64,000 nt of DNA from Candidatus Micrarchaeia archaeon (GTDB taxonomy: Archaea; Micrarchaeota; Micrarchaeia; CABMEP01). The notes under the pieces were generated by a model, which saw only the letters and a program-made list of their open reading frames with translations, ran no database searches and was not told the origin of the DNA. Positions within the stretch are counted from its first letter, which is position 1. The number at the start of each line of letters is the position of its first letter. Shown piece after piece: positions 35,220-44,947 of this stretch. The DNA is taken from assembly GCA_038880755.1 (NCBI GenBank), contig JAVZRC010000002.1:31821-95820 (forward strand), read 5' to 3'. The position numbers and the translations under genes are program-made.

Positions 35220-36443
35220 TCACATTTCCTTTATTATCGCTATTACATCTTTTATCGGAAGCTGTTTTTCTTCTCCAGATTGCAGATTTCTAAGTGTCAC
35301 TCTCTGGAGTTCTGCTTCCTTTAACCCAATTATTGCAATATATTTGAATTTCATTGAATTTGCATATTCTAATTGCTTCCTAAGATCTCTCTCAGTAATA
35401 TTAAGTGAAACTTTTAATCCTGCTTTTCTCATTATTGATGCAACCTTTATTGAGTATTTGTATGACTCATCCTTTATGTTTGCAACATAAACATCGGCCT
35501 GTGAGAATGGAGAATCTGTTTTTATTCCTTCTCTTTCTTTTATTATCTCTGCAATTCTATCTATTCCTAATGAAATGCCTACTGCGGGTGAGGAGGAACC
35601 ATAAAGACCCAAAAGCTCATCATATCTTCCACCCCCACCTATACTAAGTTGCTGAGGTCCTGATTTAATTTCAAATATCGGCCCGGTATAATAATCAAGC
35701 CCCCTTGCTAGGGAATAGTCAATCTCTATATTGTCAACTCCGTACTCTTTTGCAATCTCAACTATTTCTGCAAGCTTGTCGCTTCCTACAAACTCCTTCT
35801 TTTTAGATATGATTGACTTGAATATTAGCTTTATTGATTCTTCTGATATTCCTGCCTCCATCATCTCATTTTTCACTCCTCCTTCTCCCTTTTTGTCAAG
35901 CTTGTCAAGTATTCTTATTGCTACAGGTACTAATGCCTTTTCCACTCCTGCCTTTTCCATCATGTCAAACAAACATTCTCTGTTATTTAATTTGAACTCA
36001 ACATCCCTGAAATCGAGTGCAACCAATGCATCGTTTGCACATGCTATCAGCTCTGCTTCGCATTTCATGCTGCTCGAACCGATGATATCTATGTCTGACT
36101 GCCAAAACTCCCTAAATCTTCCTTTCTGTGGCTCATCTCTTCTCCAGACAGGACCAGATCTAAATACCTTTATAGGCTTTGGAAGAGAGGTGTTGGATAT
36201 GAACCTTGCAAGACCTACTGTAAAATCAAACCTTAGCCCCATGTCATCTATCTGATATATCTGCTTCTTCACTTCCTCTCCTGATTTTCTTCCAAGAACT
36301 TCAAGATATTCCAATGCAGGAGTATCATATGGATCAAAGCCGTAAGACATGTAAACATTTTCAACTGTTGAAACTATTCTTCTCCGCATGCTGGCTTCGA
36401 TTGGATAAAAATCCCTCATTCCTCTTGGAGGTTGATTGATCAT
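35220..36443 (-). CDS. hisS: Histidyl-tRNA synthetase
   Basis: 'PRGMRDF', 'FRYERPQ-like WRRDEPQKGRFREF', 'GGGGRYD', and a C-terminal anticodon-binding domain. Confidence 0.9.
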   Translation of the reverse strand: MINQPPRGMRDFYPIEASMRRRIVSTVENVYMSYGFDPYDTPALEYLEVLGRKSGEEVKKQIYQIDDMGLRFDFTVGLARFISNTSLPKPIKVFRSGPVWRRDEPQKGRFREFWQSDIDIIGSSSMKCEAELIACANDALVALDFRDVEFKLNNRECLFDMMEKAGVEKALVPVAIRILDKLDKKGEGGVKNEMMEAGISEESIKLIFKSIISKKKEFVGSDKLAEIVEIAKEYGVDNIEIDYSLARGLDYYTGPIFEIKSGPQQLSIGGGGRYDELLGLYGSSSPAVGISLGIDRIAEIIKEREGIKTDSPFSQADVYVANIKDESYKYSIKVASIMRKAGLKVSLNITERDLRKQLEYANSMKFKYIAIIGLKEAELQRVTLRNLQSGEEKQLPIKDVIAIIKEM

Positions 36444-36453
36444 TTATAACACC

Positions 36454-37281
36454 TTAATCAGTTAAAACCAATTGATTCTTTACAAATTTATAACTATGCC
36501 AATTATTATCCCTTATAGTGATATATCCTGAAGCACTTAGCTTGTTGTCTTTTAATTTTATCACACATTCATTCAGAGAAGAAATTGATGTCTCTAGATT
36601 CTCACCGTGTACGCCAAGCTGCATTGTAGAAACAATTGTGACTCCTTCATTTCTTAATTTGCCTAAAAAGAACTGCAAAAATGAAAACACCTCATTTGCA
36701 CCAAATGTTTCTATCAAAGTTGAGATGGAATGAAGAACAACCAACGGTTTCTTACCTTCCTTTCTTATTTTGTCTAAATATTCGGAAACAGATATGGAAA
36801 GAGAACTTAATGTAAATGGAACTTCAAGACACTTTACATTTTGAGATGCAGAACAGACATTAAACTGCTGGGAATAACTATCTATGTAGAATATACTGCA
36901 TGTTTTTTTATTACAGCTCCAATTGTTTTTTTCAGCCATTGCAATCCAGTTGCTAACACCTAAATCAGTAAGTATTATGATTGGTGAGATACCAAGTTCA
37001 CAGCAATTGTCTCTAATCATCTTCATTAATATTGGTTTTTTTCCAGAATGAGGTGTTCCAAGTATCAATACTGATGTTCCTTCAATAATTCCTTTTCCAA
37101 GCAACCTGTCAAGCGACTTGCTTCCAGATGTTAAGAATTTATTTTTCGCAGTATTTGTCTTTGTAATTCTTTTTATGCTTGCAATTCGAGATTTTTTCTT
37201 ATTTGTTTTTTTCTTAATAGAATTTTTTTTCTTGGTGATTTTTTGCTTTTTTGTCTTCTTTTTACTCTTTTGCAAGACCAT
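36454..37281 (-). CDS. KaiC-like ATPase domain with a Lys-rich N-terminal tail
   Basis: ~50-aa K-rich N-terminus ('KSKKKTKKQKITKKKNSIKKKTNKKKSR'), then 'LDRLLGKGIIEGTSVLILGTPHSGKK'. Confidence 0.55.
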   Translation of the reverse strand: MVLQKSKKKTKKQKITKKKNSIKKKTNKKKSRIASIKRITKTNTAKNKFLTSGSKSLDRLLGKGIIEGTSVLILGTPHSGKKPILMKMIRDNCCELGISPIIILTDLGVSNWIAMAEKNNWSCNKKTCSIFYIDSYSQQFNVCSASQNVKCLEVPFTLSSLSISVSEYLDKIRKEGKKPLVVLHSISTLIETFGANEVFSFLQFFLGKLRNEGVTIVSTMQLGVHGENLETSISSLNECVIKLKDNKLSASGYITIRDNNWHSYKFVKNQLVLTD

Positions 37282-37400
37282 TCAGATCCACCTATTGCTA
37301 TCCGAATTAACGCTTTTAATTCAGATAATTATTAGACAGAAATAATTATAAATATGTTTTAAAGATATATTCACATCTTAAAATATAAGCGTGAAAAAAT

Positions 37401-38612
37401 ATGAAAGTAGGAATTCTTTCTGATACACACATCGGATATCCAAGGTTCTATGAAGATTCCATAGAACAGGCAGAGGAAGCTTTTAGAGAAGCATGCAACA
37501 ATTCAGACATTGTTTTGATAGCTGGAGATATATTCGATACAAAGACACCTAAATTCGAAGTTATTGCAAAGGCAATGGAAATCTTTTCTTACGGGAAAAA
37601 AATAGATTGGAAAGAAAAGGGAATAGAAAGCAAAGAAGGCCTTCTTCCAGTAGTTGCAATCCATGGAACACATGACAGAAGATCAAAAGGAATGGTAAAT
37701 CCAGTAGAACTGCTTGAAAGAGCTGGAATTATAACTAATGCAAGCGACAGAATTGTAGTTTTTGAAAAAAGAAACAAAGACGGAAGTATAGAAAAGATCG
37801 CGATTCACGGAATAGGTGGGACGACAGAGGATTCGATAAAGGAAACTATAAGACAACTAAATTTCAAGCCTATAGCTGGAGCATACAACATACTAATGCT
37901 GCATCAAACAATTAAGGAAGTAATACCTATGGCTGAAGGGATCTCTTTAGATGAGCTTCCAGATGGATTTGATCTTTATTTATGCGGCCACATACATAAA
38001 AGAGTAGTGATGGAAAAAAACGGAAAGAAACTGCTTATTCCTGGAAGCACTGTTATAACTCAACTAAAGAAAGAAGAAGAGGAACCTAGGGCATATGTGA
38101 TTCTTGACACCAATACAAATGAAATCAAATTTGTTGACATAAAAAGCAGAAAATTCCTTTATGGAGAGATAGAATTCAAGAATGTTGATCTTAAAGATGT
38201 AAACGATGGAATAAGAAATAAGATTGACGAGCTTTTACAAAAAGGAAAAGAAATCAAAGGAAAGGATGAAATTCCAATAATTAGAGTGGTTGTATCTGGA
38301 ACTCTGAAACAAGGAATAAAAAGAGAAAACCTAAGCCTTCAAGATATACATTCAGAATACGAAGATAAATGCATACTTCAGATAGACAATGAAATGGATG
38401 AACAAGGTTTAAAGGAAAAGCTTGAGTCACTAAGAAATATGTACAAGCAAAAGATGTCTGTAAGAGAGATTGGAATACAATCAATAAAAGAAAGGCTTCA
38501 AAGCACGAGCGCAAAAGATATCGATGTTGAATTCCTTATGGGCATGCTCCAGGATGAAGATAACATAGAACTTGTTCTGGAAGAGATGATAAAAAAGAAG
38601 CAGAACAAGTAA
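37401..38612 (+). CDS. mre11: DNA double-strand break repair nuclease Mre11
   Basis: Phosphoesterase motifs 'DTHIGY', 'GDIFD', 'GTHD', 'MLHQ' and 'GHIH'. Confidence 0.8.
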   Translation: MKVGILSDTHIGYPRFYEDSIEQAEEAFREACNNSDIVLIAGDIFDTKTPKFEVIAKAMEIFSYGKKIDWKEKGIESKEGLLPVVAIHGTHDRRSKGMVNPVELLERAGIITNASDRIVVFEKRNKDGSIEKIAIHGIGGTTEDSIKETIRQLNFKPIAGAYNILMLHQTIKEVIPMAEGISLDELPDGFDLYLCGHIHKRVVMEKNGKKLLIPGSTVITQLKKEEEEPRAYVILDTNTNEIKFVDIKSRKFLYGEIEFKNVDLKDVNDGIRNKIDELLQKGKEIKGKDEIPIIRVVVSGTLKQGIKRENLSLQDIHSEYEDKCILQIDNEMDEQGLKEKLESLRNMYKQKMSVREIGIQSIKERLQSTSAKDIDVEFLMGMLQDEDNIELVLEEMIKKKQNK

Positions 38613-38667
38613 AATAATAGAAACAAAAATAGATAGAAAACAGATAGAACGAATAGATATGACAAAA

Positions 38668-40053
38668 TCAAATTTTAGAATATTTATTAGAATACCATGC
38701 TAATTTTGAAAGTGCCTTAGCTGCGACATATGGCGAGGTGTATGTTGGCACCCCTCCGTTCTCCAATAGCACTCTGTTTTGCTCTGTATAATCCCCTCCA
38801 ATTGTAACAACCACAATTGGTTTCTCCATCTTTTGAGAATAAGAAACTATCAGATCTATTATGCTAGCATCAAGGCTTGCTGTCTGCATCAATGGAGTGA
38901 GCACCAACATGTCTACATTTTTATCTTTGAACATCTCTTCAAGTGCTATTCTAAATCTGGCAACATCTGCATCTCCCGCGAGATCAAGAGGATTAGATAT
39001 GTTAACATGCATCGGCATTGACTCGCGAAGCCTGACCTTTGTTTCTGTACTCAATTCAGCCATATTCAAGCCGTTTAAAATGATTTGATCAGAGGTAAGA
39101 ACGCCAATTCCCCCTCCATTTGTTATTATCCCAACTTTGTTTCCCTTAGGAAATGGCTGAAGAAATATTTTTGAAAAATCAAATAAATCAGTCAAGGATT
39201 CTACCTCTATTATTCCTGCCTGTCTGAATGCGGCAGAATAAACTGCGTAATCTCCAGCCAATGCAGCTGTGTGTGAAGCGGCAGCCTTGACACCTGCCTG
39301 CGTCTTTCCAGCTTTTATAAGTATGATTGGTTTTCTTTTTGTCACTTTCTTTGCAACCTCTAGGAACCTTCTTCCGTCCTTTACCGCCTCTATGTACATT
39401 GCAATTACCTTAGTTCTTTTGTCTTCATTTAAATATTCAATAAGATCTGTTTCATCAATTACCGTAGCATTTCCATAAGAAACAAACAAAGAGATTCCAA
39501 CACCCATTTTTGCAGCTAAGTCCATTACTGCAGCACCGACCGCTCCGCTCTGACTTATGAATGCGATTTCACCTGCCTTTGGCCTTCCTAATTTATATAC
39601 TGGATTAAAAACAGAATCCACTCTTGAATAAGGATTAATAAATCCCATGCAGTTTACTCCTATCACCGCCATTCCATATCTTTCCGCTATCTCTTTTACT
39701 CTTTTTTCATCTTCAACATTTCCAACCTCTGCAAACCCACTGGTTATTATTACGATATTCTTTATTCCTTTCTGCCCGCATTCATCAAGGACTTTAAGAA
39801 CTGCTTTCTCTGGAACAACAATTATTGCAAGATCAACAGGGCTAGGAATGTCTTTGACAGATGCGAATGCATGCTGATAAAGAATCACATCAGCGGAAGG
39901 ATTTACAGGATAAACAGGACCTGAGAAACCTCCTTCTACAAGATTCTTTAGTATTACATGACCTATTTTGTTTGGCTCTTTCGATGCTCCTATCACCGCT
40001 ATTGATTCCGGCTCAAACATTTTCTTAAGGTCAAATCTCATGATATCACTCAA
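38668..40053 (-). CDS. acdA: ADP-forming acetyl-CoA synthetase, alpha subunit
   Basis: CoA-binding 'IAVIGASKEPNKIGH', 'YPVNP', ligase-CoA domain with 'SHTAALAG'. 461 aa. Confidence 0.85.
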   Translation of the reverse strand: MSDIMRFDLKKMFEPESIAVIGASKEPNKIGHVILKNLVEGGFSGPVYPVNPSADVILYQHAFASVKDIPSPVDLAIIVVPEKAVLKVLDECGQKGIKNIVIITSGFAEVGNVEDEKRVKEIAERYGMAVIGVNCMGFINPYSRVDSVFNPVYKLGRPKAGEIAFISQSGAVGAAVMDLAAKMGVGISLFVSYGNATVIDETDLIEYLNEDKRTKVIAMYIEAVKDGRRFLEVAKKVTKRKPIILIKAGKTQAGVKAAASHTAALAGDYAVYSAAFRQAGIIEVESLTDLFDFSKIFLQPFPKGNKVGIITNGGGIGVLTSDQIILNGLNMAELSTETKVRLRESMPMHVNISNPLDLAGDADVARFRIALEEMFKDKNVDMLVLTPLMQTASLDASIIDLIVSYSQKMEKPIVVVTIGGDYTEQNRVLLENGGVPTYTSPYVAAKALSKLAWYSNKYSKI

Positions 40054-40669
40054 CTATTCTGACATCGACTACTTCGCAACCGCCGCCCCTGTCCTTTGAG
40101 TGCACTATGACTGGATTAAGATCCAATTCCTTTATTCTCTCTGTAAGTGCTATCGAGTTAACTTTCATTATTACATCAATCAAAGAATCAACGTCATATT
40201 CCTTTCCTCTTGCATTGAATATAGGATAAGACTTAAGTTCAGAAAGCATCTCCTTAACGTCGTCGATTTCAACAGGGCACACCCTTATAGATATGTCCTT
40301 CATTATCTCTGCGTATATTCCTCCTGCACCAACTAATATAACTGGACCGAAAGTAGGATCCTGCTTCAATCCTATTATCATTTCTATACCTGGTGCCGCC
40401 ATCTGCTGAACAATCACTCCTTCAAACTCAATTCCTGCAGAAACAGAACTTCTTAAGATATCTGTAAAAGTTTGTTGCACAGCGTCTGGAGGTATGTTCA
40501 GCCTAACTCCCCCTATCTCTGTTTTGTGCAAAGGCTGGGAAGAAGCTATCTTCATTGCAACAGGATAGCCTATGCTGTCAGCTATTCTTTGTGCCTCTTC
40601 CGGACTTTTTGCTATTGCATACTCCACCAAAGGGATTCTATATTTTGACAATAGATCAAATTGTTTCAT
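40046..40669 (-). CDS. acdB: ADP-forming acetyl-CoA synthetase, beta subunit (ATP-grasp)
   Basis: ATP-grasp-like 'YPVAMKIAS...HKTEIGGV'. Overlaps the alpha-subunit gene by 8 nt. Confidence 0.75.
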   Translation of the reverse strand: MKQFDLLSKYRIPLVEYAIAKSPEEAQRIADSIGYPVAMKIASSQPLHKTEIGGVRLNIPPDAVQQTFTDILRSSVSAGIEFEGVIVQQMAAPGIEMIIGLKQDPTFGPVILVGAGGIYAEIMKDISIRVCPVEIDDVKEMLSELKSYPIFNARGKEYDVDSLIDVIMKVNSIALTERIKELDLNPVIVHSKDRGGGCEVVDVRIVE

Positions 40670-40706
40670 AATTATCTTTCACAGTAATTAAATCCAATAA
40701 TGCGAC

Positions 40707-41438
40707 TTATATAGAGATGTATCCACCCAAGTATAGTACGGCAAGCACTATTATCAAAATTACAATTATTATAAATGGAGCATATTTGCCTATGAAGAAG
40801 GTAAGCTTGCCTAAGAATTTGTCTATCGCACCTAACTTCCTTCCTTCTTCACTGCCGACAGGTGTTGCATCTGCAGAGGAGAGAACAGACTTTATATCAA
40901 GCTGCTTTGTCGGCTTTACTTCTACCTGCCTTACCTGTTGAGCAGCCTGCTTCTCTTCAGCTTGAAGTGGCTGCTTCTTTGGAACATATCCAGTAAGTTT
41001 GAATCCCTTTTCTGTTATATTTAGAGTTAATTTACCAGCTCTTATTTCATAATCTGCATATCCTTGCTTTATTACTTTATAAAGATGGATTGCAAGATCA
41101 TCGCTCCTTATATTTAAATCGTTTTTCACATTCTCAAAAACCTTATTTCCTGATGCTATTGATTTTAATATCACATGATCCAATCCATCCAAAGGTTCAG
41201 TTGCCTTTTCCTCTGCATACATAAGAACCTTTTCTCCAAGCTCGCTTCTATTGACTATGCTCCTTCCTATTGCAGAGGATATCGAAACAAGCTGCTTTAC
41301 CTGCAAAGTTCCTAGAATGGAAGCAGTATCAAAGAAAGAGGAGTAGAGCTTACCGCTGAAGCTCTCCATAAGAGAATCTTTCTCAATTTTCTCAAGCACA
41401 ATCAAATCAAGTATTGTCAAATCTTTCGGCATTTCCAT
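40707..41438 (-). CDS. Tail-anchored membrane protein, unknown function
   Basis: 243 aa with a single C-terminal TM 'FIIIVILIIVLAVLYLGGY'. Confidence 0.5.
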   Translation of the reverse strand: MEMPKDLTILDLIVLEKIEKDSLMESFSGKLYSSFFDTASILGTLQVKQLVSISSAIGRSIVNRSELGEKVLMYAEEKATEPLDGLDHVILKSIASGNKVFENVKNDLNIRSDDLAIHLYKVIKQGYADYEIRAGKLTLNITEKGFKLTGYVPKKQPLQAEEKQAAQQVRQVEVKPTKQLDIKSVLSSADATPVGSEEGRKLGAIDKFLGKLTFFIGKYAPFIIIVILIIVLAVLYLGGYISI

Positions 41439-41582
41439 ATCTATCCACTCTCATTTCATATTATTTGTCTAATAAAACTTGTATCTAATGATTTAAAAAA
41501 TCTACTCTTAAATTCTATTTAATGGAATATGCTATTATTGTATAGTAACAATATGTTTATAGATTAAAATGGAAGTGAGTAA

Positions 41583-42866
41583 TTGAAAATACATGTTCTT
41601 GGAGCTGGAAGAGAAGTTGGAAGATCGATGATGCTTGTAGAGACAGAAGGAAAGAAGATTGCATTAGATGCAGGAATAAAGGTTAAGGATCAGGACATGG
41701 AAGTTACAGGACTTCCAAAGCTTGACATAAATGTCAAGATTGATGCTGCATTGATAGGACATGCGCATCTTGACCATTCTGGATTCTCTCCTGAACTTTA
41801 TAGAAGATACAATACTCCATTTTTCATGACAATTCCTACCCAAGGATTGGCAGACCTTCTGATAAAGGATGCTAAGAAGATAGACCCACAGCTTCCGTAT
41901 GAAAGAAATGATATAGATGGCACATTTAATAAAACAGTTGGAGTGCCATACGGAATGGAACATTCAATCGGCAGTGTTAAATTCACTTACTATGATGCAG
42001 GTCACATCCCAGGAAGCGCAATGATGGAGATAAAGACTGAAAGAAAAAGATTATTCTACACAAGCGACTTCAAATTAGATGAAACAAGGCTTCTTTCAGG
42101 AGCAACCATTCCAGAAGGAAGGTTCAATGCTCTTATTATAGAAAGCACTTATGCAAAGAGATACCATCCTCCAAGAAGAGAAACTGAAAGAAAGATCATA
42201 AACATAGTTAAAAAGACGCTGAATGATGGAGGAAATGTTCTGTTCCCGACATTCGCAGTTGGAAGAACTCAGGAGCTTGCAATGGTACTGGCTGATTATC
42301 AGATAAACGCCCCTATATTCATAGATGGAATGGGAAAAACAGCGTCTGAGATAACTATGAGCTATCCGAGATATGTCAAAAATCCAGGTAAATTAAAGAA
42401 TGCTCTTGAAAATTTAAAACCAGTAGGAAAAAACAAAAATGAAGTGCTTAAGGAACCATCGATAATAATAGCAACATCTGGTATGCTTGAAGGTGGTCCT
42501 GCAATAAGCTATTTGCTTGCTTTGAACGAGATGAAAAAAAGAGAGGACATAGATTCCTCTGTGATATTCACTGGCTACTGTGTTGAAGGAACAGGAGGAT
42601 GGCTGCTTCAGAATAAGCAGATGGCAAAGATAAAACCAAGAAGAGAAGGAGGAAAGACAAAAGAAGTGCCTATAAATCTAAATGTTTTCTACGAGCCATT
42701 AAGTGCACATGCTGGCAGAAATGAATTATTTAAATTCATAGAAACAGTTGAACCTGAAAAAATAATATGTGTGCATGGAGATGATTGCGAAGGATTTGCT
42801 TCTGAGCTGAAAGAAAACGGCTATGACGCAATAGCTCCAGACATAGGAGAAACGATTCAGATATAA
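41583..42866 (+). CDS. Metallo-beta-lactamase / beta-CASP ribonuclease (aCPSF2-like)
   Basis: 'GHAHLDHSG' (HxHxDH), 'DAGHIPGS', and a C-terminal 'VHGD' motif. TTG start in the track. Confidence 0.75.
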   Translation: MKIHVLGAGREVGRSMMLVETEGKKIALDAGIKVKDQDMEVTGLPKLDINVKIDAALIGHAHLDHSGFSPELYRRYNTPFFMTIPTQGLADLLIKDAKKIDPQLPYERNDIDGTFNKTVGVPYGMEHSIGSVKFTYYDAGHIPGSAMMEIKTERKRLFYTSDFKLDETRLLSGATIPEGRFNALIIESTYAKRYHPPRRETERKIINIVKKTLNDGGNVLFPTFAVGRTQELAMVLADYQINAPIFIDGMGKTASEITMSYPRYVKNPGKLKNALENLKPVGKNKNEVLKEPSIIIATSGMLEGGPAISYLLALNEMKKREDIDSSVIFTGYCVEGTGGWLLQNKQMAKIKPRREGGKTKEVPINLNVFYEPLSAHAGRNELFKFIETVEPEKIICVHGDDCEGFASELKENGYDAIAPDIGETIQI

Positions 42867-42998
42867 CAATTCGATTTAGAGTATTGTTTTTCAAATGAGC
42901 AGATTCGAGAAAAATAGAAAAATATAAATACGTTAAACGTGCTTCTTTTATTAGCATCTTAATCAATACGTTACACATCAAAATAATTAGGTGGAAGA

Positions 42999-43337
42999 AT
43001 GAAAATGAGAAATAAGTTTCAAAATTTTAACAGAAAAAAAGAGCTTGAAAAGTTCGTAAATTTAAACACTGAATTTGACAGAATAGAAGAAATCAGGAAG
43101 TCAATGGATAAATTAACTTATTTGCTTCCTAGCGAAAGAGAAAAGATAGAAAACATTCTCTTTGACATCCATATAAGGACATTAAGAAATATAGAGTGGC
43201 AGAGAAAAATACTAGATCTACCAACATCTCTTGTCGGAAATGTTGACGAGTTGATAAAGTCAGTCGAAGAGACAAGAAAAAGAGTAATTTCCAGAATAAA
43301 AGAAGGAAAAACAAAAACAGAAGAACTTTTTAAATAA
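42999..43337 (+). CDS. Hypothetical protein
   Basis: 112-aa charged helical ORF. Confidence 0.45.
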   Translation: MKMRNKFQNFNRKKELEKFVNLNTEFDRIEEIRKSMDKLTYLLPSEREKIENILFDIHIRTLRNIEWQRKILDLPTSLVGNVDELIKSVEETRKRVISRIKEGKTKTEELFK

Positions 43338-43445
43338 GCTATCAACGACAAAACCATAATAAAAACAATAAAATACAATAATAAAGATCAAATCGAAAAA
43401 TAAACAGAGATATATAACAGAGATGGATATATAAATGAGTTAATA

Positions 43446-44507
43446 TTACATCTCTCTGTTTATTACGAAGTCAAATAAAGCTTCTATAAACTTCTTTGAT
43501 TCGCTGTCTTTCATAAATTTGTAGTGTTTGTCAAAATTCTTTCTTGCTCTTTTTGCAAAGAATATTGCCTTTTCCTTTGCATAATCAATGCTTCCATATT
43601 TTTTCATCAGCGAAAGTATGTAATTAACTTCTTGCTCTGTCTTTTCATTTCTTTCCTTATTCATTATTTGAACTATTTTTTTCTTTTCATTATTAGATGC
43701 GTTTTTCATAAGATGTATAAGCATTAAAGTTCTTTTGCCCTCGTATATATCTCCAGCTATTTCTTTTCCATATTTGTCTTTCTCTCCCACGAGATTAAGT
43801 ATGTCATCCTCTATCTGAAACGCTAATCCAATATCGTCACCAATATCATAAAATGGCTTTAATTTTGATTCCTTGACCCCTGCGACTATCGCACCCAACT
43901 TAAATGGGGTTATGAATGTATAACCTGTGGTTTTTCCTTTGCACATAGTATAATAATCATCCTCGCTTATATTCCATCTCTTTTCATGAACCCATTCAAG
44001 CTCCATAGACTGTCCTTTTACGCACCTATCCATCATTTTTATGAATTCATCCATTACCTTGAAAGTAAGCGCATCTCCAAGAAGCTTTCTGTTCTGGAGA
44101 AGAACATCCCACATCTTTATATGCAAAGCATCTCCAGTGTTATTTGCCAAAGGCATTCCATATAAATGATGAAGAGCAGGTTTTCCTCTCCTCTCTTCTG
44201 AATAATCTTCAATATCATCATGTATAAGAATCCAGTGCTGGAAAAGCTCAAGCGCTATAGATATAAACTTCATTTTCTTAGGATTTCCATTGAAAGCCTT
44301 GCAAGATTCCAACGCAAGCACTGAGCGCAAATGCTTTCCTCCCCTCAATGGATAATCAAGCATCATTTCTTTTAACTTTGATTCAGGTTCCTTTTCCAGA
44401 TAAGCAATAGTATCCTTCTGTATCTGTTCCCCGTCCCTCTTTAAAATCTGCATTATGTCTATTTTGTCTATTTTATCATTTTTTGTATCTCCAGATAATT
44501 TTGCCAT
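43446..44507 (-). CDS. idsA: Polyprenyl (geranylgeranyl) diphosphate synthase
   Basis: First Asp-rich motif 'LIHDDIED'. Second motif 'FQIEDDILN'. 'GKxxGxD' block 'YGKEIAGDIYEGKRT'. Confidence 0.8.
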   Translation of the reverse strand: MAKLSGDTKNDKIDKIDIMQILKRDGEQIQKDTIAYLEKEPESKLKEMMLDYPLRGGKHLRSVLALESCKAFNGNPKKMKFISIALELFQHWILIHDDIEDYSEERRGKPALHHLYGMPLANNTGDALHIKMWDVLLQNRKLLGDALTFKVMDEFIKMMDRCVKGQSMELEWVHEKRWNISEDDYYTMCKGKTTGYTFITPFKLGAIVAGVKESKLKPFYDIGDDIGLAFQIEDDILNLVGEKDKYGKEIAGDIYEGKRTLMLIHLMKNASNNEKKKIVQIMNKERNEKTEQEVNYILSLMKKYGSIDYAKEKAIFFAKRARKNFDKHYKFMKDSESKKFIEALFDFVINREM

Positions 44508-44633
44508 AAAATCACAAAAGAAATTATATGGAAAAAAATAAAAAACTATGAATAACCTAGTATAAAATAAAAAATTAAGTTAAGTCGATAAAAATATATT
44601 AAAAAAGAAAAGAATCATATCGTTTAAATATAA

Positions 44634-44867
44634 CTATATCGTTTCCTTATCTATTCTTTGATTATCTGACATTGGTGTTCTCTTTGTTAATAAAAATCTC
44701 TTTAGCTCTTTATCTTTCTCAGAAAGCATCTTCAGCCAAATTCCTTTATTTCCCTTTCCGAGCGTTCTTTCTGATTTATCCTCCCATTTTTTACTCCATT
44801 TTTTCAATTGATCACCATTTAATGGCACCGAATGCTTGTCAGAATTGCAGAATAATTCGTGTACCAT
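44634..44867 (-). CDS. Hypothetical small protein
   Basis: 77-aa ORF in an otherwise empty gap. No motif recognised. Confidence 0.3.
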   Translation of the reverse strand: MVHELFCNSDKHSVPLNGDQLKKWSKKWEDKSERTLGKGNKGIWLKMLSEKDKELKRFLLTKRTPMSDNQRIDKETI

Positions 44868-44947
44868 TTAATAAATAACCTTTGTAATAGAACCACGCAT
44901 AACTTATTTATAAACCTTTCCTTTGCGTATTGATCTTGATTTCTGTT

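Noticed and set aside
35731-36255. Long antisense ORFs inside conserved genes: 35731-36255 in hisS, 46068-46487 and 46527-46859 in argS, 29667-29975 in tfb, 61919-62225 in the surface protein, 60255-60625 in the membrane protein
   Set aside because: Each lies opposite a gene with strong family motifs. The translations are low-complexity and carry no motifs.
42736-42981. 81-aa minus-strand ORF that would give the 42907-42922 T-rich element a gene to terminate
   Set aside because: It overlaps the conserved 3' end of the beta-CASP gene and has no recognisable features. I treat it as spurious.
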